A stretch of 64,000 bases of DNA from contig MU054391.1 in assembly GCA_013239625.1 (NCBI GenBank), positions 248,001 to 312,000 on the forward strand, read 5' to 3'. The position numbers and the translations under genes were made by a program. Of the stretch, positions 47,990-59,700 are shown piece by piece. The notes beneath the pieces were generated by a model. It was not told the origin of the DNA. It searched no databases and saw only the letters and a program-made list of their open reading frames with translations. This stretch comes from Lama guanicoe (taxonomy: Eukaryota). The stretch's first letter is position 1, and every line of letters begins with the position of its first letter.

Positions 47990-50900
47990 GTTCGGCTGCT
48001 CTAGTGCGTGCAAGCTCTCAGGTTGTCCATCTCTTCACATCAGTTTCGGTAAGTTGTATTTTTAAGGGAATTTGCTCATTCCATTGACCCTGACAAACGC
48101 ACACCTGTAACGTGGGTCATTTACTCCCACGTTTCCCTTTAACGTGTGCAGGGTCTGTAGTGCTGCCCCACCTTTCCTCCTGATCCTCGTAATTTGTATT
48201 CTTTCTTTTCTCTTGATTAGTGTTGCTAAAGAATTATTAATTTCATCAAACTTAAAAAACTAACTTTCGACATTGTTAACATTCTCTATTTTCATTTCCA
48301 CCAATTTCTTGCTCTTATTTTTTACTATTTTTTTCCAACTGCACTGGCTTTAATTTGCTCTTCATTTGGTTTCTTAGCGCAGAAGCTTAGCTAACCAACG
48401 TTCAGCCTTTCCTCTTTTATTACACACTTCCCTCCATGCACTGCTTCGGCTGAGTCCTACATGTTTTCATATGCTGGGTGTTTATAGTCACTATGTTCCA
48501 AATATGTCTAATTTTTTTCACACTTCCTCTTTAATCTTTGCTCATCTAGACATACGTTTCAAGTTCCCAGATATTCCTAGGGATCTGACTGTGATTAACT
48601 TCTAATTTAATTCCACTCCAATCAGAATATCTACTCGGTATGTTTTCAGTCCTTCACAATTATTGAAGCTCTAATTGCTCAGTATATGATATACCTTGAA
48701 GAAAGTTCATTTGTACTTGAAAATAATATGTGTTCTGCAGCTGAGTGGAGCGTCTATAAGTGAAAATTAAGTCCAGTTTGTTAACAGTGTTACTCATGTC
48801 TTCTGGGTCCTCACTGGAGGCTTCTCTTCTTATTCTGTCAACAACTGAGAAAAAGGTGCCAACACATCTCTGAATATAATTGAGGAATTACCAATATCAT
48901 CTTTTCATCTTTTAAAAAAGTAGACCTCAGTTTGTAGAACAGCTTCAGATTTGTGGTAAAGTAGCAAATTTCGTGCGGGGAGTCCCCATGGGCCCGGCAC
49001 GCAGGCTCCTCTGTTGTGACCATCTTCCGTTACGCACTGTGGTTAGCACTGTTATTAACTGTCCCATCAGCACGTTTGTGACAATCGGGAGCCCCCACTG
49101 ACGCGGCATCACTGAGTAACGCCCGCAGCTCCTTCCAGGTCCCTTGGTTTTTACCTGATGTCCCTTTCTGCTCCAGGGTCCCCACCCAGGACACTCAGTT
49201 GTCATGGCCCCTTGGTCTCCTCTTGGACGTGGTTCCTGCTTTCTGCGGACGTTGGCAGTTTTGAGGAATTCTGGTCGGGCAGTTTGTGGGATACCCATAA
49301 TTGAAAGTGTTATGACTTCTTTGGTGAAAAGGATGAGTTTGTGGGTTCCCAGCACGAAGGCTGCAGAGGCGAAGCGCTGTCTCCATCTCACGGCGTCGAG
49401 GGTGCTGCTGCTGGCCTCGCACACCTGCCTCCGGCAGCATCGTCAGCCTTCCCCGCGTGGATGCTCCCCCTCACTCCACCCGGACTCGGAGGGAAGTCGC
49501 AGGTGCAGGCCTCACATGAGGGGCGGGACTCCCTCCCCTTCCTGGGACGGCAGCATCCATGTGCTTTATTTGGGGGTTTCTGCATCGGGGCGCTGTCCTC
49601 CGCACCACCGTGTCTGCTGATTCAGTCGCTCACTCCAGTGTGGGCTCACGCTTCAGATTATAATCCAACATTAATTCATTCATTTTCTTGCTCTAATTGC
49701 TCCAGCTTTGGCCATGGAGCCTTCCGCTGGGCCTGCTCCCTCACCACCTTGTCAATGGACTGCTGTCTTTGGATGTTCTGGATCACGTCTTTAATTTCCA
49801 GCACGGAAGGAAGCTCACCTTCGGCACTTCTCGCGCCTGCCCTAGGATCAGCCGGCTCTCCGTGCAGCCCTGGTTCCTCTCACTGGGAAACGGTCTTAGA
49901 AACCAAGGTCTGGTGCTGGGTGTGCGAGTTGCAGCTGGGCTGTTGTTTCTTTTAGACCCTGTCAACTGGCAGAGCAAGAAAAATGTGTCCACTAACCCAT
50001 GTAGAGACACATTTCACTAAATATTTCCGTATGTAACTCTCTGCGTCTATATTACACTAAGCGTGAGTTCACACTGACGTCTCCAGCTCCAGTCCACCAC
50101 CACGTGGGCCCCCTGCCTCCCTCTCGTGCTCCTCCATAGACGTCCACTGCCGCAGGGGTGCCCACCACCCACCACCCACCACCTGTGAGCCTGGTTGTGC
50201 ATTTCCAGTGCGTGTGTGTCCTGGCGCCAGAGTTATTGCTTGGTTTCCCCGGGACACAACCTGCATAGCCTCGCACGGGGCTCATGTGCCGTTCCTTTGC
50301 CGTGAGACCCCACGCCCTTCCAAGAGATGAGGTCGGGCTTTTCCACCCCCTTCAGTGAGGCTGTTCACACACACGTAGGAGAGCTGGAGTCTCTGGTCGC
50401 TCCTGCATTTCTTCTCGGGTCGCACTTCTTACCTCCTCGCATTTCTGGTGTCGTGCATGAGAACCATCACCCACCCAAAGCTGCAAAATGTTTCTCCTGT
50501 TTTCTTTTTAAAGGTTTATAATACTGCATCTCACATTTCTATCCATTACCCGTTTTGAGTTAATTTTTGTGAAAAGTGTAATGTCTGTGTATAGACTCAG
50601 TTTTTATTCCCATGCGGACATTCAATTGTTCCGCGTCTCATGATGAAAAGATCTTTCCTTCTTTGTCAAAAGAAGCTCACTTTATTCACGTGGGTCCATT
50701 CTGGGGCTCTCTGCTCTGTTCTGTTGATCTGAGTGTCTATTCTCCTGCCAACGCCGTTGCAGCCGGGGGCCCTGCGGTGCTCCCGAGGTTGGTGTCGTCC
50801 GTTCTCCAGCGTTACTCTGTCCTTCAATACTGTGTTGGCTGGTCTGGGTTTTCCTCTTCAGACGAAGTTTAGAATCAGTTTGTCAACATCCACAAAACAG

Positions 50901-51370
50901 CTGGCTGGGACCTTGACTGGGGTTCTCACCGCTGAGTGAGACGTGAGTTGCAGGTTTTGTGGCGTCCTCTGCCGAGTGAGGGCCCTTCTCTCCAGGCCCA
51001 GTTTGCTGAGCGTTTTTCTCATGAATCCTGACAAGTGCTGAGTTTTCTCAAGCTCGTCTGCTGCGTCATTTAGTGCGACTGTGTGGCGTTCCCGACAGCC
51101 TGTGCTGCCGTGAGTTATACCAACCGGGTTTTGAATGTTGAACCAGCCTGGAATGCCGGGGACGGATCCCGCTTTGCTGTGGTGGTTGATTCTTTTTACA
51201 CATTGTTGGATTCAATTTGCTAGTATCTGTTGAAGATTTTTGCATCTATGTTCTTAAGAGATACTGGATTCTGGTTTTCCTTTCATGCAACGTCTTCCTC
51301 TGGTTCAGGAGTTAGAGCAACGCTGGCCTCACAGATGGAGTTAGAAAGCGTCCCCTCTGCTCCTGCGTTC
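47990..51370 (-). mobile_element. Nested or fragmented old L1 block (ORF2 pieces with L1MC/MD 3' ends inserted)
   Basis: Antisense L1 motifs 'ttctaatttaattccact', 'ttttgagttaatttttgtg', 'tttagaatcagtttgtca', 'gttggattcaatttgctagtat...gaagatttttgcatctatgttc'. Confidence 0.85.
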
Positions 51371-51427
51371 TGTGCAGGGCGTGGAGCTGGTAACTAGACC
51401 AGCCCCCGGTGTGACTGACGTTCTCGC

Positions 51428-51592
51428 CTGCTCTGTCCCACCAAACTCTCCAGTGGTGGGGACGTTCCTGGGCTGTGGCCCCGGCACCTGGAACTTGTCT
51501 AGTGGGGCTGGGAACTTGGATGTAAATTTTAATTCGGTTAATTCAAATGTAGATGACCATAGAAGCCTGCAGCCACCACCTCAGACAACAAC
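51428..51592. mobile_element. MER3-like hAT-Charlie element
   Basis: 'ctgtcc..aactctcc.gtggtggggacgttc...gcacctggaacttgtctagtg...aattttaattcggttaattcaaat'. Confidence 0.6.
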
Positions 51593-51872
51593 CCGACCTG
51601 AGTTCAGCTCCAGTTTAACAGCAGGCATGATGCCAGTTTGTGTACTTCGAGTGAGAAGTGTTAAACCGAAGATGAATGGGCTGCGTTGGGTGAGTCATAA
51701 ACATCCAGGGAGGATGGCAGAAACAAAGTTAGTGAAAGTCGAGAAACGTACAAATTGGTGAGACCTGGTGAAGAAACAGGTGAAAAACAAAGTGGAGGAG
51801 AATGTGCACTTTGCTGAGCCCCGGAGGCTCTGTTGAGGGGACTGGTCAGCACTGCTCGCTCCCCTTTGTCAG

Positions 51873-52280
51873 GACCCGCCTGCTCCCCTGGACGGCACAG
51901 GAGTCAGCATGCAGCGTCAAATGATGCTAAATCCACCTGGAGAAGGAGCCCGTGGTGATGCGGGGGGACCGCGTCAGGGCAGCTCCCGATGGGGGGGGGG
52001 GTCTGCGCGAGTCCGGCAGCTTCTGCACCGCAGTGTGGAGCCAGGAAGGGAGCACGTGGTTCCTCCGCAGAGCGCTGAGCTGAGCTTTCCTGCTGGGGAG
52101 CTTCCCGGGTCCTACAGGCCTGCAGGATTCTGGCGGTGTTGGTCGTGGGTGTTTGTGGGTCTCAGAGCTGCCAGTGTGGCGCACTGGCCCTGAGAAGCTG
52201 GCACGCAGATCAACGATTCATAAGCCCACTTGTTTGGCAAAAAAAAAGTGCTGATAAAGAAATGACGTCAACCTTCGTAG
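51873..52280 (+). pseudogene. CCDC158-like exon remnant (C-terminal region)
   Basis: cccctttgtcag| acceptor, TAG|gtaatg donor. LEKEPVVMRGDR (51937-51972) ~ LSREPVTLHAGDR. Confidence 0.5.
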
Positions 52281-52605
52281 GTAATGAAAGATCTAAGGAA
52301 TTATTACGTCCAATCATTTAACCTCTGTCACTGGGCGTAGAAAACGGTGATGGGCTTGTCGATACGAAAGTTCTGAGTATTTCATGCTCTGGGGAGACAG
52401 AGAGGCAGCAGTGATGGCAACCCTGTCTCTAGGGAGACCCATTTGCTAAAGTGGGTTAGAAGCCGAACATCATATGTGCTCACACGCAGGTGTACACATA
52501 CACACATGTGAACACACACGCAGGTGTACACATCTACACACATGCACACACACAGGGGCTTTGAAATACTTTCAAGCACACGTCTTCATCTCATCTTTGT
52601 ATGAG

Positions 52606-52996
52606 GTTATGACAGGCTGGAGTTTTTCAACATTTCTACTTTCACGAGAAAACTGTAGCTCAAGGAATTTGAGGGACACGTTCAAATCATGCAACTGCTT
52701 AAAAAGTTGAGCCTGGAATCCGCATGTCTGGGCGCGGCTCCGAGCAGCCTCCCCCAAGCACGTTTTTACCTGGAGGGTCAGGGCCCCATGGTGCCCGTGG
52801 GGCAGGCATATGGCTTCATCCTTTACAGCAGAAATCCAACGTTTGCTTCAGGTTTCTGGATTTTTCCACCACCCTGGCTCTGGGAGTAATTACAACATTT
52901 AATTTTGAAAAGATAGTCCCTGTCCCTGAGGTGCCTAGAAAACTGACCATAAAAAATAAACAAACAAACAAACCAAAAATCAAAACTGGTCAATGA
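52606..52996 (+). pseudogene. CCDC158-like terminal exon remnants
   Basis: RNLRDTFKS / MQLLKKLSLES ~ RKLQNRLES LQTLVEDLQLKN. The last piece LTIKNKQTNKPKIKTGQ* ~ SMIRNQEKRIQKVKDQE is low complexity and weak. Confidence 0.45.
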
Positions 52997-54030
52997 GAAA
53001 CGTCTGCGACTTCTTCAACTAGCTCTGTGGCAAGAATTTAAGAAGGCTGCGTGTTGCAGCAGAGCTTCCATTCCCATGACTGTCATTCTCTTGCCAAATC
53101 CGACGGTCGCCCTTCTGTAAGCTCTTGACGGGTGGCTCGTTGTGGACCAAGCACTGGATCCGCTGGGTTTGCAGCGTCTGCTGAGACTTCCTTCCCTCCT
53201 GCAGGTCCCGTCCCTGTGCCTCTGACACACCTACAGCCCTAAGAAAGCGGAAAATAGACATTCAGACCACGGGGCACACGTCCTCACACCCGTGGGGGCA
53301 CCACGTGTGTGCACAGGTGGGGGACCCCACAACCCTGGTCCTGGTCCCACAAGTGCCAGCCCTGCCCCGAAGGAGTGCCTCAGCCCCTGAGGGACGGGTC
53401 TGTTTCAGTGACTACGAAACAGGCCAGAAAAGAAAACCAACTGAACAAAGAAACAAATAGAACCTTTCACACGTAAGGGAGGACACGAGACCCTCCCTTG
53501 CTGCCTATTTCCAATGTGACCTGCTTTCCAGGGCGGCGTGACAAGGGCCCAGGCGGGGCACCTGTGGCCACTGGCCTCTGGAAGCGTGTCTCCGCCCTTG
53601 TCAGCAGAGGCACACAGAGAGGGTCTTCATTTCACTCGGAGCAGAAAACAGTGTATATTTATAGTTGGGCCTCAAAACTGTGATGCCAGCTCACTCTGCT
53701 GCATTGCAGCCCCGAGAGCCCAGCCAGCTGGACGTCCCCACACGTGTGGCACTGATGACATCACACCCACAGGAAGAGAAGCCATGAGGGTCCCAAGGGC
53801 TGCACTGCAGCCCTTTTCCTGAGGCCCCTGCTGCGTTTGGACACAAACATGTGTGCAGGTGCTGGCCACCCGAGGCCTTAGCCGGAAGCAGCCTGACTGT
53901 GTGCAGAAAGCTGTACCCATCCCATCAACCACCAGTCAAAGGGATCAACTTCAGAGCAAAGGCGGTGAGGGGACCTGCCGGTCCCACCTCCATGCCTCCT
54001 GGAAGCTGCCAGGCCAAGCGACACGGTGAA

Positions 54031-54120
54031 GGTCAGAGCTGAGGGGTCGGAGCTGAGAGGTTGGAGGTGAGGGGTCAGAGCTGAGGGGTCAGAGCTGAGG
54101 GGTCGGAGCTGAGGGGTTGG
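54031..54120. repeat. 14-bp minisatellite (GGTCAGAGCTGAGG, about 6 copies)
   Basis: Directly visible. Confidence 0.9.
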
Positions 54121-56269
54121 GGAGTGCGGGGAGCCCCTCAGTCCCTCAGCTGCCACTTCTCTGTGTCCCCGTGGCAGCCCCAGAGGGTGTGGGCAACGTG
54201 CTTGGGAAGCTGGGGAGTCCGCTGTCCATCCTCTGCGTTGCCAGCAGGGCCATGTGTCCAGCTCTACAGAGCCGGCTCTGGCGACCGAGGACCCTGGTCT
54301 CCAGGGCTATGGTGGTTCCAGCAGCACCAAGAGAGCTGGGGGACCAGGGCTGTGGTGCCACTGGCCCAGGTCCCCATGACGGGACAACTGGCAGAGATCA
54401 GAGGAGGGGCAGGGAGGAGCACCAGACAGCCAGACGGCCAGGGGACTGGGCAACAGCTGACGGAGGAGGGCGTGGTCAGCAGGTGTCAGCCCCTCGGGGA
54501 CGAGGCCCAGGTCACGCCCCACGGCTGGTGCAGGTGACAGCTGAGGGCAAGGGACCCGTGGTGGAAGGTGGGGCAGGTGCTCGTGGTCCCCAAGTGGGCC
54601 TGAGACCCAAGCGGCCCCAGGGCTGCAGCCGTGGAAGCAGCCTTCCCTTCCTCCCACCAGCCAGGGGAGAGAGGCCTCGGAGCCCACGTGAGGATAAGGG
54701 GTCCAGCCGTGTGTGTGCAGGACAGGGTGCTCCCCCAGCCGCCCCCACACAGCGCCGAGGCTGCATCTGGCCCCACTCCCGGCAGCCCACACCGCAGCGA
54801 CCCGGGCCTCCTCCTGAGCCTGGACGGGTCTGAAGGGCCTTCAGCTTTGGAGCCCCTGTGGGGCCCACGGGGCTGACCTCTCCCTGGGCCCCGTCCTTCC
54901 TTGTTCCTCCTGCAGGCAGATGGGGGTCTTCAGAGCCCCTCACTGACCCTCCTGAACAGCGATGTCTACCTCACAGTCAGCTTCTCCAGGAACCACTGAG
55001 CCCAAAGCCCACAAGGCTCAACCCTCCTTCGACAGAAGGATGTGGGTCCTTCCCTCCCTCTCCCCGCCTTCAATGCTGCAAACACACTGTCCCGCCGTCT
55101 GCAGGCCGCCCGCCCGTCCCTGACCAGCCGGACATCCTACTAGCTTTGGATGGTCATCGGCCCTGCGTCAGGCTCGGAGAACGGCCCCGTGCCACAGCTG
55201 GTTCTCTGCCTCCTGCAACCACACGCCCTGAACAGTGCAGCTCCTTGTCACCCACGGCCCTGAAAGGTGCGGCAGTGCCTGCTCTGGCGTGGAGAGAGAG
55301 CCCACTTCTCTCAGAGTTTAAGTGAAACCTCATTCAGTATTGGTTTTCTGGTCTCCACTGTGGCATCAGTGACGCCTTAACGCCCCTGCGCCAGGTAATC
55401 AGCTAAGGGAGAGGCTTGCCCTGAGCGCCGCCCCACAGAGACACGGCCAGTCCCACGGGGACCTAATGCCGCCTTTGTAAAAGTTCAGACAAAATGTAAA
55501 ATCCCTTAGAAATGCAATTCCAACCAACCATTTTGAGGGATAAAATATTCCCGGGGCCCCTGGGGACGCCGGGGACGACACTTCAACGCCCTCTGCTGTC
55601 AGCCCGGCGCAGGCGGAGCGGAGGCCACCCTGACACCCCGGGGCCGTCTCCTATTCACACCGAGAAGGGCAGGACCGGGGCCCCTGCACGCTTCCTGCCT
55701 CACACCGAGACCTGTGCGGCTTTCCAACGGTAGGTCCTTAAATCTGAGAGAGAAGTGCACGCCCAAGCTCAGGCACTGGACTCTCCTGTGGTTTTCAGGG
55801 GACGTTCCAGGAGGACAGCCAGGCCCACAGAGCCCAGGACCCAGGTCTCAAGTGAGGCAGAGGCGTCGCCAGAGGAGGAGGAGAGTCGTGTGCAGACCGG
55901 GGCCCCACCGGCAGTGCGGCTGCACCTGGAGCAGGTGGGCAGGACGCGGCTCCGGGTGGCCGAGCGCCCTGGAGGCTGTGGGCTGAGGACATCCACGGCC
56001 GGGCCAGGGAGGGGCCGGGGGACGGCGAGAGTCTGAGGGCGGTTTTTCCCTGGAGGCGAGTCTGATGATGAGAAACCAGAATCCATGCTGGAGATTCTGA
56101 AGCCTCAGAGGACAGAGGGACAGTCATTAGGTTTCTGTTTCATCCTGGAGCAGGGACACAGGAACACAGTTGAGGCCCAAATTTCCACATCCCAGAAACA
56201 AGGAAAAACAGGAAATAGAGAACATCCCCAACTTTTCCTTTCCTGATTGTCGTAAAGTCATCTGTCCCT

Positions 56270-57650
56270 TTAGACCAGGCTATGTCAGAAGCAAAGTTAA
56301 ATTATTGTGAAGGAATAAAGCAGCCAGAGCCTCAAATAATGCCTAAGATTATTTACATGAAATGTCCAGCATTCAATCAAAAATGTCCCTGCATCCAAGG
56401 AACACAGAGGAAAACAGAAGTCAGACCCGAGGGGCCCATCAGACACAGACTTTACTGTAACTGTGACAGTACGCGCAAGAATTAGACCACAGCGGAGAGT
56501 TTGGGCAGGACACTGGAAGCCTGAAGTAAGCGGTGACCAGGGCCTGAGGGTGGGGACGTGACTCAGAGGGGACAAGCTTAGTTGTTAAGCGAGTGAGTTC
56601 TGGGCACATCACAGGCACAGCACGGTGCCTGTAGCTAATAACTCTGTTTCGTGTACTTAAGTTTACTGACAGAGCAGATCTTGTGTTCTCACCACACCAA
56701 CAAGCAAAAAAACGGTAACTGTGAGAGGTGACGGTGTGTGAGGTAGCTTGACTGTGGGAACTGCTTCACAGAGTGTACGGATGTCAAAACATCACAGTGC
56801 GTTCCTTAAAAATGTACAGCTCTTGTCGATTACACCTCAGCGAAGCTGGGAGAAACAACACAACGTAACGGACAAATCCTCAGTTGTACTGTCTGGTTTA
56901 AAAACGCATCTCGAGCACCTAACAGAAAAGGCAGCAAGAACGCAGCAAGGAGAGGACGAGGTGGGCGTCCCGAGGCCAACCAGCCAGGTCACCGCAGCAG
57001 CCGAGCAAAGAGGAATTCCGGCAGCTGACGCAGAAGACCGTCCTCGATGAAACGCCGCGCACACACACACGCACACAGAACGCACAATGTCAGCGGAAAA
57101 GACTCGGCAAACTGGGAAGAGAAGGCCCCTTCTCAGCCTGCAGGCGGCTGTGTGCGAACCTGCAGGGGGTGGGCCTCCCTCGCTCGCGAGGTCAGGGAGG
57201 AGGCAAGAAACCCTGTCACTGCTGGCATTTAACCAGCGGGGACTGAGACAAGAATAAGGAATAATACACGAGGGCTGGAAAGGAAAACATACGTCCACCC
57301 TTACGTGTAGGAGCCCTGATTATGTATGTAGAAAATCCAATAAAGTAAACAGAGAAGTTTAAAAATCAGTCACTGAATTTGGCAAGTCGTTGGATAAAGA
57401 TCTGCACTCAGAAACATTTTCTCTCTGCCTACCAGCAACAAGCAATCAGAAAATAGACCTCGAAAGATACCTTTATAGTGACATGAAGTGTCAAATAGTG
57501 ACACATTGGGCAAAAGACCTGTGAGACTTTTAGGCAAAAATCCAGAAAATGTCATGGAAAAGAATTGAAGACCTAACTGAATTGAAAGACTCGATCATTT
57601 TAAGGACGCCAATTTTCTCCCATGTTTTGTGAGTTTCATGTAAAGTCCTA
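56270..57650 (+). mobile_element. L1 fragments including an L1MA9-like 3' end (56540-56855)
   Basis: 'aacggtaactgtgagaggtgacgg...gtcaaaacatcac...ttacacctcagcgaagctggga'; ORF2 motif 'tatgtagaaaatcc'. Confidence 0.75.
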
Positions 57651-59294
57651 GCGTCGTCGGCAAGAGTAAGAAAGTCCCGCAGAGGAACAGATTCGCAGCA
57701 GCTGTCGACGTGAAGCTGCAGTACCGCAGGCTGCCTCGGAAGCAGCCTCTGAGGAAGAGCCTCGTTCTTCCGGAGTCTCGTTCACGAGAGGCCGTGGCTC
57801 TGCCTCTGGCCCGAGTCAGGGAGCCGGGCAGGGTGGCGCGGCGCCCCCAGGAGCGGGGTCCCGGAGCAGGCCCAGGCGCGGAGGCCGTTCTGCCGAAGCC
57901 TGTGACGGGGTTTCAGGTTCACACTTTGGCCCCTGAGCAAGTGGCTTCACCGATATCACATTAAAATACAATTTCCGACTTCTGCTTGAAGTCAGTAGGT
58001 GAGTCAGCTGGGTGATTCACTGTCTCCTCACCGTGGTAATTGTGTTACATCCTGGAAGAATCAGGCTTGAATATTGATGGAAACCCTTTGAAGATCTGAG
58101 ACACTGCGTTTTCTAAAGTAAGGTCACTTCTCTTTGCTCATACCTGACCTACAAAGTCCTCCTCAGAGTCAGCGCACTCAGACGAACATGACCGGGTGTT
58201 TGTCACCTTCTTCTGCAGGCGTGGGTCGGTCCTGGAAGGCGGCGGCTGCCATGGAGGTTTGGTGGGCCTGGGGGTGGGTGGTAGGACCCCAGGCTTTGGA
58301 AAATCCATCCCTGGAACATTCCACCGGGTGGGGATGAGGAAATTGTGTCCTGAGCCTGCTCTTCCCCGTGAGACGAAGCTGATGCCCGTGTGGGACCGCA
58401 GACAGGCGCGGGGCTGCTCTGGGTGCAAACGCAGCCCGCCCGGGATGGGAACTGGGCTTCTGCTCCTGCAGGCTCAGAGATGCGAGTAAACAGCCTCGGC
58501 GTGATTTGTGCGGTGACAGAAAAGGAGAGGACCAGTCCCCGAGCGCCTCCCCTCGGGGAGGGAGCGGGGCCCACAGCCTGGCGCGGAGCTCGGCATCAGG
58601 GCTTAGGCACGTGGAAGCCCAGCTCGCCGTGGGCTGGCACTGACCCGCCTCGGGGAGCGCCAGCAAGGCGGGCAGGGGTCTTTCCATCACTGTCTATTTG
58701 CTGGTCTAGAGCAGAGCTCCCACTGGCGAGTTGAAGCAGAAACAGGAACTTACTTGAAGGAGCCATGCGGTCACAGAGGGCGGGAGGCCAGCCAGGGCGG
58801 GGCGGACCCAGGAGCCTCGGTCCATCTGTTGCCTCGCCTCTTGGCTCCTCAGTTCTGCCTCTTCTCTGTGGAGCTGCTCCAGCCTTTCTCTCTGGGGAAA
58901 CCAGCCTTCTCAGCAGCCCTGAGCCCCGGCCCTGCCTGGCTGCGTCCCCTCCAGCCCTTCCCACCCCCGGAGCCGGTACCTGGCCCAGGTGCGTGTCCAG
59001 CAGTGGAGGGGGCGCCCAATCGCTGGAGCCGACCCTGACCAGATGCCAGTACAGTGGCCACTGCAACCCTCGCCTCTCACAGACGTCCCCTCTCTTCCCT
59101 GCAGCAGGGAGGCAGGACGCTCACTGTGGGTGCTTGTGACCAGCCAGCGAGAGTCTGAAGTGTCATCAGCAGGACACCAGGCACCCTGTGGGCTCCTGGC
59201 CGTTCCTGGAGGAGCCCAGTCATCAGGCCCCATGATGAGCACGTTGTTCAGAAACAACTTCGCTGTGAGGAGAAAGGACAGAGTTCTAAGATGC

Positions 59295-59700
59295 TGAGAT
59301 GGGTGATTTTATGTGTCTGCTTGATGGGGCCACGGATGCCCAGATATTTGATGAAATATCCTTCTAGGTGTGTCTATGAAGGTGCTTTGGATGAGATTAG
59401 CATGTAAATCTGCAGACGGAGCAAACAGGCTGCCTCCCAACATGCAATCAGTTGAAGACCTGAAGGAACAAAAGGGCCAGCCTTTTCCTGTGTAGACGAA
59501 CTCCTCCTGCCTGGTGGCCTTGAGCCTTGACATCCACTTTTTCCTGCCTCCAGGTTCAGACTGAAGCACCGGCCGCCCTGGTCTCCAGTGTGCAGGCTCG
59601 TCCGGCAGGTCTGGGGACTTGTCAGCCTCCACCGTTGCTTGTCCCTGACTCCTGTGGACACGTCCTCTGGCTCCGTTCTCTGGAGAACCTGACCAGTGCA
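59295..59700 (+). mobile_element. MLT2D-type ERVL solo LTR
   Basis: 'gattttatgtgtc...gatgcccagatatttg...ggatgagattagcat...caatcagttgaagacctgaa...ttctctggagaacctgac'. Confidence 0.85.

Larger units (their letters stand above)
3309..52996 (+). pseudogene. Unprocessed (multi-exon) pseudogene of a distant CCDC158 paralog (coiled-coil protein)
   Basis: At least 12 AG/GT-bounded segments match remembered human CCDC158 peptides in the correct N-to-C order (see exon features). Several contain in-frame stops or frameshifts. Similarity is far too low for the true ortholog. The comparison was made by eye. Confidence 0.75.

Noticed and set aside
3309-52996. Functional CCDC158 ortholog or processed retrocopy
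   Set aside because: Similarity is only motif-level, there are multiple stops and frameshifts, and introns are present.
54117-54833. 238-aa ORF and overlapping ORFs (also 45658-46465, 47007-47681, 8722-9351)
   Set aside because: These are GC-rich chance ORFs open on both strands, with no domain or splice support.
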